Below are positions 1 to 12,490 of a stretch of 64,000 bases of DNA, in pieces; position 1 is the first letter of the stretch; each line of letters starts with the position of its first letter. Origin of the DNA: Phoronis australis (taxonomy: Eukaryota; Animalia; Phoronida). The notes beneath the pieces are model-generated. The model was not told the origin of the DNA, did not search any database, and was given only the letters and a program-made list of their open reading frames with translations. The stretch covers positions 237,768 to 301,767 of the forward strand of contig NMRA01000529.1 of NCBI GenBank assembly GCA_002633005.1. The letters run 5' to 3'. Made by a program: the position numbers and the translations under genes.

Positions 1-1930
1 AGAGCTAAGGCATAGCCTACCAGTTCCGTGGAATAGCATGTTAAGTCACCAACCAAAGAAATTGTGTCATAAGTGACAACACGCCAGCACTTCGGCTTCA
101 AATGATGTCTAGAAGTCTCCGAGATGAGGAAAGTACGGTATCATTAGAATGCAGTAAGCCCATAAAATGGATTTAGTTTTGATTCGCAATACAGTATGCT
201 TGGATGATTTATGAACCATTGTCATTAGTTGAACCTGTCTATTTAAAGCAGATCAATGACGACAGTCACCTGGTAGGACACACCATTTCGGATCTTCCGA
301 CGGACGCCATATTAGCCCGGCTACATTCAACTTCTTGCGCATAACGTTGACCTAATTCCAGTGTACATGTGTAATACACCAAAGAGCATCTTTTTAAAAA
401 CTATCTTGTCAAAAAGTATCATCATGACACCATCTTGACATTTGAGGGGATTCTGCTGTCATAATATAATTTAGGCTGCCTGATGCAGCTTTGGAAACAG
501 CGTGATCCTCACATTTCCCATTTTTTTCAATACTTTTATTTACCCAGAAAGCATGTCATTAATGAATAGTAGATACGGCTGGGGTTGGGTAGCCCTAACT
601 ACGTATCTTTACAACTTACTAGAGTACATGTATAATACATCATATTAATTAAACAAATAACTATCTGGAAAATACTCCTAATGATTGGGTGAATAATTAG
701 CCGAGAATTTTATGAAAGGAGGGACGGGAAGGGGAGGACTTTCACGCACTCATTCACACTCACATTCACACAGTTTAAGTAACTTAACTTATGCTTACAT
801 TTACGTGGGTGCATATTTATGAAAAGGTCAATTTTCTTATTGTAGTTTTGCGACTGGGAAGCAAATGAAAGACTTTCAACAACAATTTTAGCTATCGATG
901 ACGTCAGACCGGATGCTAGCACGCTTTGGAGGACAAAGGAGAAACGTAACCTTTGGTTTATTGAATCACGTTCAACCTCATACATTACAGAAAGATATTT
1001 TCACTTCCAAGTCAAAGTTACCCCCTTTCTCTCGCTGCCATGGAGTGCCTGCTGGTTGGTCAATAGAGGCAAACAGTCACCAAGTGTGTTTAGACGTTAT
1101 ACCTGTAAGGGTCCCTTCTCTTTTGTTGCTTTCGCTTGAACAGTAAGAAACTTAAAACTTGCCTTCGCTAACTTGTGTTCCATTGACGTCAACAATGGTG
1201 CCGTTGATGTATTGGATGCCAATCCATAAACTTACGTTCTGCCTGTTGCCATTCAGCTGGGTCGCCTAAAACATCCAAACATTAGCGTTCGCTGAGAACG
1301 TATCCTTTCATTTTAGTTTTGGCTCTGCGTCTAATCTAGAAAGTTTGCCTCTTTTCGTTTAAAGTAAAAGTACCAGAAAATTGACGCATAAAATGAAAGC
1401 ATACGTTAAAGGAGAATGCCACCCAAAAAAACAAACCTACATGTATTTTGTATCAATATAGATAGGGTCGTTCTACATGATAAGAGCACCTTCGGTTGCG
1501 TTACCTGACACCTCACGGCAGACGGAGGTGTTGAAATTATCCAATGACGTCATCGGTTTCACGCGCAGTCTGTTCAGCAGTTCACAACAGGGTTTGCTGG
1601 TGTCAGCTTATCGCTTGAATTCATCGTATAACACCAAAAATTCATCAAAATTTGATACAAAATCCTTAAAAATGCACCGAGTTCTTATAGAAACGGGTTG
1701 TTTTATTTCGCTGTTACGGATTTATTGGTATTTGGACACACCGTAGCCTACAAAGTTGGTCAGGCCAATTTAGGCCTACCAAGGTCCGTAGCAGGTCGAG
1801 TTTTGGCTTCTGTTCGGAGATAAATTCGAAATATTCTTCTTTGAAATACAGACCGTAGAACCTAGATCTGTGTTGTTTAGACTTGTGATTTTTTTAGGTC
1901 TAAACTCACAAAACGCTTGTTATCCCGGCC

Positions 1931-2026
1931 AGTGGCTCGGAACCCGATCAGGCCCGTCGCGGCCGGACTGACTCGTTATTTCGGTTAGTGGCTCGGAACC
2001 CTATCAGATCCGTCGCGGCTGGACTG
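1931..2026 (+). repeat. Two near-identical ~40-bp direct repeats inside the Kolobok element
   Basis: AGTGGCTCGGAACCC(G/T)ATCAG..CCGTCGCGG..GGACTGA occurs twice, about 56 bp apart. Confidence 0.8.
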
Positions 2027-2777
2027 AATACATCATGAACATAAACCAGCCTAAAATGGAAACTAAACTGCCAGTCAAGAAAGTATTTTACTAGTGAGCC
2101 AAAGAAGTAATGTACACGTGATTATGTTAGTGATTTAGCCAAGAAACTGCAAATCTATACTGTACTTACTCGTCGGGCCAGACCGCGAATTCAGGTTCCC
2201 CTTTGGCCACAGAACCGTCATCGCAGAAGTTGTACATTGACAATGATGATTATTTAAGTAATGTATATGTAAATAAAGATTCCGCTAATGACCTGGCCGT
2301 GGAACAAAAAATCGATTTATTGTCTCACAACAGTTTCTGTCAGCAAACACTAAATTAGCATGTGCTCATTTGGTCGTGATGTCCGCCGGGTCAATTAGTT
2401 TTATTGCACCTAAAGTCGTTAACGCAGTGATTTATTCATTGCTGGCTTCTCAAATCATTTGCACTCACGAACACTCCAAAGACATGATTACAAATTACAT
2501 CTAATGAGACAGACATTGTTTCAGTTTTATATAAGTATTGGTTAGGGTGATAATAATTCATTTTGAAACAAAACGCTCAGTAAAAAACGTCAACAAGGCA
2601 ACTCGAAATTCCGATTTGGAGGAGTGCTCATCTGACGAAGACTTCCCAGGTATAGATACATGTAGTTAGGTTTCTCAGGATATCAGTTCGAACCAGAATA
2701 CGCGTACCGATCAATAAATATTAGGGAAGCGCCGCGAACGTGCACAGACAATGGAAAACACTCTCAATAACCTGTCA

Positions 2778-2960
2778 TTGTGTCAATGCGCTAACTGCAC
2801 CATAATGGAAACGACTGACGCATGCGTTTGTTGCCACGAAATTCAACATGTGGAACGCCTCTTGGAGAAATGCGTCTCACGGATCAACCTGGTTTTGCAC
2901 CGCATCTGAACAGAGGTGTGCTCACGACGTTTTTATGACTGGGAAAAGGAACTTACGAAA
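2778..2960 (+). pseudogene. Remnant of a P2X7-ballast/nanor-like Cys-rich gene
   Basis: Manual translation LCQCANCTIMETTDACVCCHEIQHVERLLE, then a frameshifted ..QPGFA.. segment. Matches the CxCxxC..CxCCxE motif of the intact gene at 48317. Confidence 0.7.
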
Positions 2961-3155
2961 ACATCCTACACTCAGAGGATCAAACAGAAGCCTGTCGAAC
3001 GAGTAAGTCACCAAACAGGTTATTTAACATGCTCGCACCCACCCTAAAATATAGCGGGGGACCTGCCGAACGCAAACCCACTAGGCACAGCATCTGACTT
3101 CAGCCTCGGTCGCTTTTTCTGCCCTAACATGAACTGTTTGGCAAGCCGAAATTCG

Positions 3156-3374
3156 TCAGTGAAATCCCGTCCTCGAAATGTCGGTCACAGAAACGGAGAT
3201 GTTCACGGCCTCGTACTTGGTATGAACGCCGTACTTTTCATATTTCAATGCCGCGAGCCACTTTCGAAGCATTTCGGGCTCGATCCCGAGGAAATCGAGA
3301 AAACGTTGTACCCGCTTTCCTCGCAGCTTCATAGTTTGCGCAAGCGGGAACGACTCATCACACCATGGCGGCAC
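3156..3374 (-). pseudogene. THAP domain remnant (transposase N-terminus)
   Basis: Across frameshifts it reads MPPWC..VVPACANYEAARKAGTTFSRFPRD..EMLRKWLAALK..HLRFCDRHFEDG, the THAP C-C-FP-W-CxxHF pattern. Confidence 0.75.
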
Positions 3375-4921
3375 TCATTTGCAGATGAACCACTGAAATC
3401 GCTGCGGAGTTTCTCACCTTCCTCACAGGTTAACGCGACACCTCTCGGCGAGGTGAGAACCACCGTGTACGAGCCGATACGGCCACAGACCGATTAAGAC
3501 GGTAAATAAGACTAATCACATCGGGTGGCATTGTCCTTTAAGTTGGAGGTTCGTTTCTTGAAACTAAGCTGTACCTAAAAACAAATAGTACAGCTCACTG
3601 TAACATATGCAGATAGTCAACATTCTAAACCAACTGCAAAATCGACATGGGATAATTCGAGACTTGAACGACATACAGCTGTACATGTGTATTCACCGAA
3701 ACCAGGCTATACCAAAAGTGCAACCCTCTGATGTGGAATGCAACCATTTTCGTTCGATGCAATGTTCGTTAGTCTCCATGTGACGTGTACAATCTATGGT
3801 GTACACGTACAGTTCTACATAAAAAATGCAAGCTTGTACAATCAATTTTAAGTCAAATTCCTAAGCAATAGAAATATTTCCTCGATGGTAAAACAACGCA
3901 AGATGTAAGATTAACGATCGAATGCCAAAGTATTTACTTGTTTACCAACTGTATATGTATTGGTTTCTTTTGATCAGCTAAAACTTGTATCACTCGTATC
4001 TAGGAAACACAGTTTTAATTCACTCAAATCAATCGAACCTTGATTTTCAGATATACAACTGAACAATTATTGGAAGTTAATAAAGTTTTCACAGTTCCGA
4101 CAAAAGAGCTACCTGTATTAAACATTTTCTCTGGCCCCTACGCTCTGTAAAGTTTGCCTCGAGTGTCACCCAATCGAGAGGCTACGCGCATAGGACATTT
4201 GAATGCACGTGATGATAAATGCACAGGTTATTGCTAATAACCAGTAAGCACAGTATTAGCCTGGCCATATCAATATGACCATGCTCCCAAAATGAAAATG
4301 AAGTTGCCTTATTTTTTTAGTTGGCTGAGTTTTTGTGTCTCAGATTCAATCTTGGGATGGAATCGTGAGTTTCTTTGAAACATAAATGAAAGTAACGCCA
4401 CTGACTGTCCTCTGAGTCACAAAATTTGCAGGATTCGCAGAAGCAGTTATTCACCACAATATACGACTTACACTGAAACTGTGTTGCACAAGTAATTATG
4501 ATTATGTGCACACAATAACGTCGTAAGGAAACGAAAGAATGAGCGAAAGTACAATCCAAGTTTTGCAATGAATTTGCTAGTGCAAGTATTTTGAATGTTA
4601 ATCTCGCTTGCACCAGTAGCGATCGTTTACAAGTGCAAACGTATACACTGAAGAATTAAGCGGTACAATTACAACTACTGAGAAGTGTTGACTTAAGAGG
4701 AACATATTCAAAGATACTTTAAGCTTTGTGCAAAAATTGGTTCAACTATTTCCTTTTTCACAATCAATTGTTTTGCGCAGCATCAAGCTCGCAGTTCCCT
4801 ATATGTGTGTTGTCTGCAAAACTCCACCCTTTGCAAAGGCCACTCTCGTCTCTTCAACCGCTCTCAGCACATAGCCTTTCCCTGAGCCCCTCCATCCCAA
4901 ATCAGTAACGTAAAATCTAAC

Positions 4922-5082
4922 CTGTTCCCCAATCCAGATTTGTTCTTCTTTGTCCTCCGGCACAACCAGTTGTAGTACTCTTTGCTGGCAATAGAGGGAT
5001 GCATTATACCAATCCATGGTGCTGTTAGAGAACAAGTATTGTACACCTTTTCTTGACACCCAGCTGTCTGCATTGTATAAGT
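4922..5082 (-). CDS. C-type lectin domain exon (N-terminal half); rest of the gene not found
   Basis: DLYNADSWVSRKGVQYLFSNSTMDWYNASLYCQQRVLQLVVPEDKEEQIWI fits the CTLD pattern W..Y.F....W..A...C......L....EE. Acceptor tttttttgttgctag and candidate donor cag|gttag; the 3' boundary is uncertain. Confidence 0.6.
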
Positions 5083-5773
5083 CTAGCAACAAAAAAATAC
5101 GTGAAATAAGTTTTCGACTATAGATAACCTAATGCGTAGTGTGCTGTCCGAACAATGTTCCTCCGGCGAAATGCCAAGCCAACATGAGCAATTATATGGA
5201 TCATAACGTCAAAGCTATTGTTTGTACTAATAAGATTTGTACAGATTATGAAGTTGAGGTAATCTCCTTAGTGGCCTCTCATAAATGTATGTTTATTAAC
5301 GCTATTTTAATATTCAGACACTGACTTTCACCGAGGTCAATGCAATGGTTTTCAGATCACAAATGTGATAATTACCAAGGCAGGGTCCGAAAACATGAAC
5401 ACTCCGACCGAATGTGAAAGTTCATAACAGTTTAATATTATATGTAGGATAGCGTCCGCTAAATAATTCATCCGGGATAGAGGCTGTGTTTGCTCTTTCG
5501 CCCGGGTCGTAACAGCATGGTCGATCGATCATTCGATAACCTTTTTAAGCTGTCTCTTACGCATAACTTGTGGAGACATAATAAAAGACGATCAGGAAAT
5601 TGTAGGACTAAGAATTAGTCAGTAAAATTAATAGAGATTAAGAATTTTCACTTTGCGATAGAAAGGAGTTTTGCAAGCCGTTCTGCCATTCAAAGTCCCC
5701 AATGCACACCACACATTGCGGAAGTACAAGGTAGTTAAATAGTCTTATCAAGGCAAGTGCAAACCTTGTTTGA

Positions 5774-6913
5774 GCCCCCGTCACACCAGAGGCGCGGTTT
5801 TTGGTCAAAACCGCCATCACCGTAGTGACACCACCAGTATTGATTCATACTTTCCCCTACCCGTCACACAAGTTTTTCTCTGCAGGGCTACTAATTAACC
5901 AAGGCGGAGCCACGACGGTGTCACTGCAGACAGGGCGATCCTATTGAGTTAACAATGTAGATTGATGGCAGTGCCCCGCCGATCGTTGGCGGAAGGAGTG
6001 CGGTGTTGGCGGCAGCACTGCGGGGCCAGTGAGGTAATACTGAGGGAATGGGGGCACTATTGCGGTGCCTTTGCGGCAACAGGACGGCTCCATGACGTCT
6101 GCGCGGTGGCTATAAATGGGAGGTGGTTTTCGGTGGAATTCATTAACGTATTTGCTCCCAATGAGGACGTTGCTACTGTTATTACTGTTATTATCACTTA
6201 GTGATACCGCCTAAACGTGCTACAACAGGACAGACTGTCGGAGTGGGGAAAGCCAGCAAGAAGACACGTACTCTAACACCAGCAGATGGTGAGCAAGGAT
6301 GGTTGGGCTGCTGGTGCTGAAGATGCTGCTGAGTCTGACTACCAGTCCGAAGCCAGCCAACCAAAGAAGAAATAGGTCCGTGCTGATGAGGAGGAGGAAG
6401 AGGACATGGCGGAGTACTTAGGTAACCACCCAGAGCTTTATAACAAGAAGCTCGATGCTTATAAAGATAAAGTGAAGAATGGAGTGATGTGGGTTTAGCC
6501 AGGTTTGATAAGCCAGTAGCATTCCTGCTGGTATGGTATTGGGCATCAGACATGTGTCCATATCCACCATTATCTATCCAGAAGAATTCGTAATCGGCGT
6601 CAACAAGTTCCATCAACACCATTTCTTGTTCATGTTCTGCCTGCTGTTGCTGCACATACAGCAACTGCTAAGGCCATCAAATGTGTATTATAACATGTAT
6701 CTATCATTCTGTTGAGCTTTCGATACTGACTGTCGATCTGAGCTGTTTGAATATTATTAGAACGCTAAAATTTCAGATAAAAACCGCCGTACCACCGAGA
6801 AAGTCCACGCTTTTGACAGATTCCGAGGGGCTACGGTGATCAATGGCGGAACCACTGCGGTTTATGCGGTACAAGCACCACAGTGCCACCCGCACCTCCG
6901 GTGTGACGGAGTA
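5774..6913. mobile_element. PIF/Harbinger transposon, internally deleted
   Basis: Imperfect ~24-bp TIRs (CCGTCACACCAGAGGCGCGG / CCGCACCTCCGGTGTGACGG) with TGA/TTA flanks. Minus-strand transposase fragment VLMELVDADYEFFWIDNGGYGHMSDAQ at ~6541-6625. Plus-strand MADF/Myb-like fragment EEEEDMAEYLGNHPELYNKKLDAYKDK at ~6382-6480. Confidence 0.8.
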
Positions 6914-7260
6914 TTACCTGCTTGTACCTATGTATCGTAAATTCTGTTAGCTGTAAACCCTACGAAGTATGAATTTTCTGAAAGATGAATAAATTTACTA
7001 ACAACATGTTCTGTTTCTATGTATGTGTATTTACTTTAAAGTCCTTGTTGCAAACTGCCCATGTGGTTCTAGTATCCGAAAATACTTACTACATAAAATC
7101 TTATGTTCGACACCCTTTCTTTACATTCTTTTCGCCTTTCTTGCCAAAAGCGATTTTTCAACCGTATTTGACCCTTTTCTCTGAGCGTATGATTACCGGT
7201 TGTCATCGGTTATTTCCGTACCCACATTTCCGGCTCATCAGTTCAGGAACTTGTCCTGAA

Positions 7261-8124
7261 NNNNNNNNNNNNNNNNNNNNNNNNNNNNNNNNNNNNNNNN
7301 NNNNNNNNNNNNNNNNNNNNNNNNNNNNNNNNNNNNNNNNNNNNNNNNNNNNNNNNNNNNNNNNNNNNNNNNNNNNNNNNNNNNNNNNNNNNNNNNNNNN
7401 NNNNNNNNNNNNNNNNNNNNNNNNNNNNNNNNNNNNNNNNNNNNNNNNNNNNNNNNNNNNNNNNNNNNNNNNNNNNNNNNNNNNNNNNNNNNNNNNNNNN
7501 NNNNNNNNNNNNNNNNNNNNNNNNNNNNNNNNNNNNNNNNNNNNNNNNNNNNNNNNNNNNNNNNNNNNNNNNNNNNNNNNNNNNNNNNNNNNNNNNNNNN
7601 NNNNNNNNNNNNNNNNNNNNNNNNNNNNNNNNNNNNNNNNNNNNNNNNNNNNNNNNNNNNNNNNNNNNNNNNNNNNNNNNNNNNNNNNNNNNNNNNNNNN
7701 NNNNNNNNNNNNNNNNNNNNNNNNNNNNNNNNNNNNNNNNNNNNNNNNNNNNNNNNNNNNNNNNNNNNNNNNNNNNNNNNNNNNNNNNNNNNNNNNNNNN
7801 NNNNNNNNNNNNNNNNNNNNNNNNNNNNNNNNNNNNNNNNNNNNNNNNNNNNNNNNNNNNNNNNNNNNNNNNNNNNNNNNNNNNNNNNNNNNNNNNNNNN
7901 NNNNNNNNNNNNNNNNNNNNNNNNNNNNNNNNNNNNNNNNNNNNNNNNNNNNNNNNNNNNNNNNNNNNNNNNNNNNNNNNNNNNNNNNNNNNNNNNNNNN
8001 NNNNNNNNNNNNNNNNNNNNNNNNNNNNNNNNNNNNNNNNNNNNNNNNNNNNNNNNNNNNNNNNNNNNNNNNNNNNNNNNNNNNNNNNNNNNNNNNNNNN
8101 NNNNNNNNNNNNNNNNNNNNNNNN
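7261..8124. other. Assembly gap
   Basis: Run of N. Confidence 1.
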
Positions 8125-8821
8125 CTGAATGAATTGTACTTCCGGGTTCGCGGCAAGTTCAAAATGGCGGTGTTTCTTCGGGTGCGAATCGTGAGTGGCG
8201 CGATCATTTAAACTGTTTTCGAGTACGGATCGTGTATTAGTTATGGGGTAGGTACTTCTTGGATCCTTATAACATCTTCTAACCATGTAATAAGGGTTAA
8301 CAACGCGTGAGACAAGGACTTTAATAGGAGATACTTTAGTAAAAATGTATGTTTTGATTTTGAAATGAAATCTTAATTGTTTTGTTCTTCCAATTATGTT
8401 GATCCTTTTTCAACAGGTTGATAACGGCATTTTTGAGGGAATAGCGTCCAGATTTTTATATTAGGTCCTAGGTTTTCGGAACGACTTCTTCAATAATCAG
8501 GAGTACGATCGTTATTGCTCAAAATGCTCTAAGACGTCGATAATTAAAAAATAAGACCTATTTCAGAAATCTGAGACATGGTTCCCTCGGACCGAGAAAT
8601 GCAGTTATCAATACGTTGACAAAAAAACCAATATGATTGGAGAAACAACATTTTAAGTCTCTGTTCAAAGTAAACTTAAAGTTGTTTCATTAAAAATGAA
8701 TATTTTGGGAAAATGACAACTGATCAAGAGTAATTGATTGTGTTAAGAAATTGACGAACCCATCAGAAAATGTGCATTTTGCAGTGGTTAGACCCAGGCC
8801 TGTAGCNGGGGGGGGGGGGGG

Positions 8822-9279
8822 TCACACACAAACACCTTGACTTGCCACTAGACCATAAGCTTACATTTACTCAAAACTGTCGCAAAAGTATACAAATTAA
8901 TCAATCCAATTATAATATTGTGTCTCGTCATCTCAACGCCATGTATCTTGAAACTCTGTTAAAGGCTGTTGTACTACCACATCTAGATTACTGTGACATA
9001 CTCTATCAACTGGCAAACGCTGGCATACTTCTTCAATTAGAAAGACTACAATACCAAGCAGCGTTAGCAATAGCAGGAGCATACAAAGGGTCCAACACAA
9101 TCAAGGCTCTGAATAGTCTCAACTGGAGCAAACTAGCAACCCTTCGTAAACTCCACCTGTCCATGTATACATTCAAAGTACTAAACAAGATAAACAATTA
9201 TTCAAACAAAATCCTCTTTGACTCCTACATCTCTTCCAGTACACGAACAATACCAAAATGTTTACAAAAAATATTCTGA
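8822..9279 (+). mobile_element. CR1/L2-group LINE fragment (C-terminal RT region)
   Basis: HKHL..LDHKLTF, LKAVVLPHLDYCDILY, LERLQYQAALAIAGAYKGS and LNWSKLATLRKLH are typical motifs downstream of the RT core. Confidence 0.8.
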
Positions 9280-9374
9280 CATTCCTCAAATGTATAACAA
9301 AATATTTTTTCTATATGGATGTGAACAAATCAACCCAAATGAAAATAATTGTTTCTAGTCATTGTAATCTTAAT

Positions 9375-9377
<3 letters not shown>

Positions 9378-9430
<53 letters not shown>
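9378..9430. repeat. (TA)n microsatellite
   Basis: Direct reading. Confidence 0.98.
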
Positions 9431-9433
<3 letters not shown>

Positions 9434-11314
9434 CTTTGTATGTATTTAACACACATTCAGTACGTTTTTCTGTGCATGTATATTTAATTGTTCTGAAGAT
9501 TTCATGGTCAATCTCAATTCTTGAATTTATCTAAAAGACTCATTTTCAAGCACAGGTCGATATCTGGGGCATATATCAGGCCTGCAGGAACCAACGGAGG
9601 TTTTAAATTTAAGAGTTCTGATCGGGACCCCCCCACTTCGTGAAGATTGGCAGGGACAAGTTTGCCTCATAACTACATGTGCATTCCGTTTTCACTCGGC
9701 GCGTGGTTCCGCTGAGTGAAGCTGAAGTACAGTGGCCATGAACGTTTCAGTAAGGCTGTGAAAGTATGCGATCTTGACATGGATTTGATGCTTCGTGGTT
9801 GACAATTCATCAATATTACTACTTCGTGTTCTTTAAAATATGCAAGTATGTACTCAATTTTTCGTATTTGTAAGAGTTGCGATTAATTTCTCATGCGCAT
9901 AAAATCCAAAGAAAGTGTTTTAGTACCCGGTCATTGTTTTCGGCAATAGATGCACCACTCATGGCATTCAATAACAGAAATATCATTTATTTTTGCATGT
10001 AAAAGTATGAAAATTTCACCTGAGTCTGAAATTTTCGGAATAGCTTTAACCTTCGAAGAAGTGGACCTTCGGAAATGTAATTTATTTTTCAGAGTAGTGA
10101 ACCTTCGGAATAGTGGGCTGTTACAGTTCCCATTTGCAGCGTTGTAAGCAATTTAAGTAACACGCAGACAACCAATTAAAAATTCTCCGACTAAATATAT
10201 TTCTGTCTGAGTATGTAATGAGGTGTAATCACTCATTGAATCACGCCTGATTTGAAAGTTTGTCAGGAGGAAACGTGAGGACTTTCTTTTCTGGACCACA
10301 TCGCACCCAAAATTAAGTCCCGTTCTCTGCAATCGAGTAATCGTCACAGCATCCTCATTTCTGATATTACAAATGCATGTGTCTCCTTTCAGGAACACAT
10401 CTAGAGCTGAGAGTCATCGTTTTGTGTAAATATTTCCCTTCCCCCCTAGTTGAGCTGCGTCAAGGCCTTTACCGAAAAATCTACAGTGTCGACGTTTGCA
10501 AAATGTCGAAGGTCCACTGTTCTAGAAACTATACCCCGCGCAATGCTGGCTATGGACCTACATGTAACATAGTTTAGGATATTTGCAATTAAATACAACT
10601 GGGTAAACAAGGCTCACAGTTTCCTTAAGGGGGTCTATACGGTTGCGCTATCATCAACGATAAGACGTTACTGTACTGGTGTTAGTTCACTACTTACCTG
10701 CGTGAAATGCTAACAGCACGTTGATCAAAATGATATCGAAACTTCCCATTAGTTACGGGTAAAGACACCTTCAGAAAGGTTAATCGCCTCTGTTTGTGGT
10801 TGTAGATGTCCTCTACAAGAAAACCATGTTCTTTTCCTGGATCTCCAAGAAGGAACTGAGGTATTATGTTGTGCCGGCTGGCTTATAACTACTAAAGCCG
10901 GGTTTTTCAAAACATTCAGCTGCAGATAAAGGATATATAACTATACAAAAGACACGGAAATACACTGTAGCTTGAACTATACATTCACGTGGTCTTTAAA
11001 CTCAGGCAACGTGTTGGTCTTAGATGCTTACTTCCAAAAAATGATTCTCGTAATTAGGTCGTACTTGGCAATTGTTATGTAAAGGTTTTGCCAGCTGAAG
11101 TAGTTATTTGTGCTTTGCAGTTTTACGTTAACATATATAAATCATCTCAGAAACTAAAGCAGATTTGTATGTATAGCCTCAGCGACTGCGCACTTCAAAT
11201 AGTAGAGACTCAACTAAGCCCCCAAAATCTTGTACACATTTGCTTCCTTAATTGCTGACGAATGTAATTATAGATTTCAATCATTTTATCGTTATCATAA
11301 TATTTAATATTTAA

Positions 11315-12490
11315 TAAATATAAATATTTAGGATGAATTTTAAATGAACATTTGAAGTTTACTGAAACTGCTAAAACTCTATCAGAATCTGCCGGAAGAG
11401 CTTTGGACGCTTTACTTAATAAATTTAAAAAGAATAAAAATATGAGGTACAGAACAGTCACTACATTATTCAATGCTTGTGTTGTGCCTGTTAGAGATTA
11501 TTGTGTAGGGGTCTGGGGCGTCTCTAGTCTACAGGATTATGATGTCATTCAGAATAGAGCCGCGCGATTTTTATTGGGCGTTCACAAATTCGCTCCTAAT
11601 CATGCTGTTATGGGTGACATGGGGTGGGAAATCCCCAGTGTTAGGCGGAAAATTGAGCTTTTGAGAATGTGGAATCATATTATTAATTTCGAGGATGATA
11701 GATTAACATACCGAATATTTTGGTGGGACTACACTACCTGTACTAATAATTGGTCGTCTGAAGTCTTGAGCGGATTGTTTTCATGACTTACATGTACATG
11801 TACTTGTACGTTCAGTTAATCTGTCTCGCTGCAAGAGTATTTTGCATGATTTAGCCTGTAATAGGTGGTTGTTTGAAAGCCGTTCGAAACCAAAGCTAAG
11901 AACCTATGTTTTGATAAAGAATGTCTTTGAAGTTGAGCCTTACGTGCATTTAGCCTTAACTCGGCCTAGTAGGTCAATTCTTGCTCAAATTAGAACCGGA
12001 ACCCTACAGCTATTGTTTGAGGTTGGGCGTTTTCTTTCTCTAGAATTTGATGACAGAATTTGCTGTCTTTGTCACACTGGTCAGGTCGAAACTGAACTAC
12101 ATTTTCTGTTTGAGTGTCCGTTTTTCTTAGATGACAGAAACACCTTTTAATTGTCAAGTTGAGATTAAATATCCACGATTCCGTGCAGAAAGCTGTGAAA
12201 ATAAATTAATTACAATCATGCAAAAATATGTTATTAGAAAAACTTCAGTTTTCATCAAAATTATTTTTGAAGTAAGGAAAAATTATATTTATTTATGATC
12301 ACTTTTATCTCGGCCTTCTCTTTCTGGTCCTCTTGCAATGCGCGTACACTTGTCTTTTCTTTTTTGTATCATGTATCTAAAGTGACTTATAAGACCCGTG
12401 GAGGGCTGGGTGTTCCTAGTCTTTGTAACGTATTCATAGTTTAAATTCATTTGAACACATGTCACTATAATAAAAAATTACTTACTTACT
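11315..12490 (+). mobile_element. 5'-truncated non-LTR retrotransposon (RTE-X-like 3' end)
   Basis: Motifs KYKYLG, LFNACVVPVRDYCVGVWG, IQNRAARFLLGV, MGDMGW, KPKLRTY, RSILAQIRTG and the zinc knuckle RICCLCHTGQVETELHFLFECP. Ends in AATAAA plus a (TTAC)n tail. The clade call is tentative. Confidence 0.8.

Larger units (their letters stand above)
1410..3537. mobile_element. Kolobok-type DNA transposon, non-autonomous and decayed
   Basis: TTAA at 1406-1409 and 3538-3541. 15-bp TIRs AGGAGAATGCCACCC / GGGTGGCATTGTCCT with one mismatch. Contains a minus-strand THAP remnant and a plus-strand Cys-rich remnant. Confidence 0.8.

Noticed and set aside
6985-8286. Long ORFs of 334-408 aa, and similar ORFs at 19638-20085 and 54733-55616
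   Set aside because: They are open only because they run through N gaps. Only the THAP part near 55350-55493 is meaningful.
9258-9534. ORFs with IYIYIY runs
   Set aside because: Translation of the (TA)n microsatellite.
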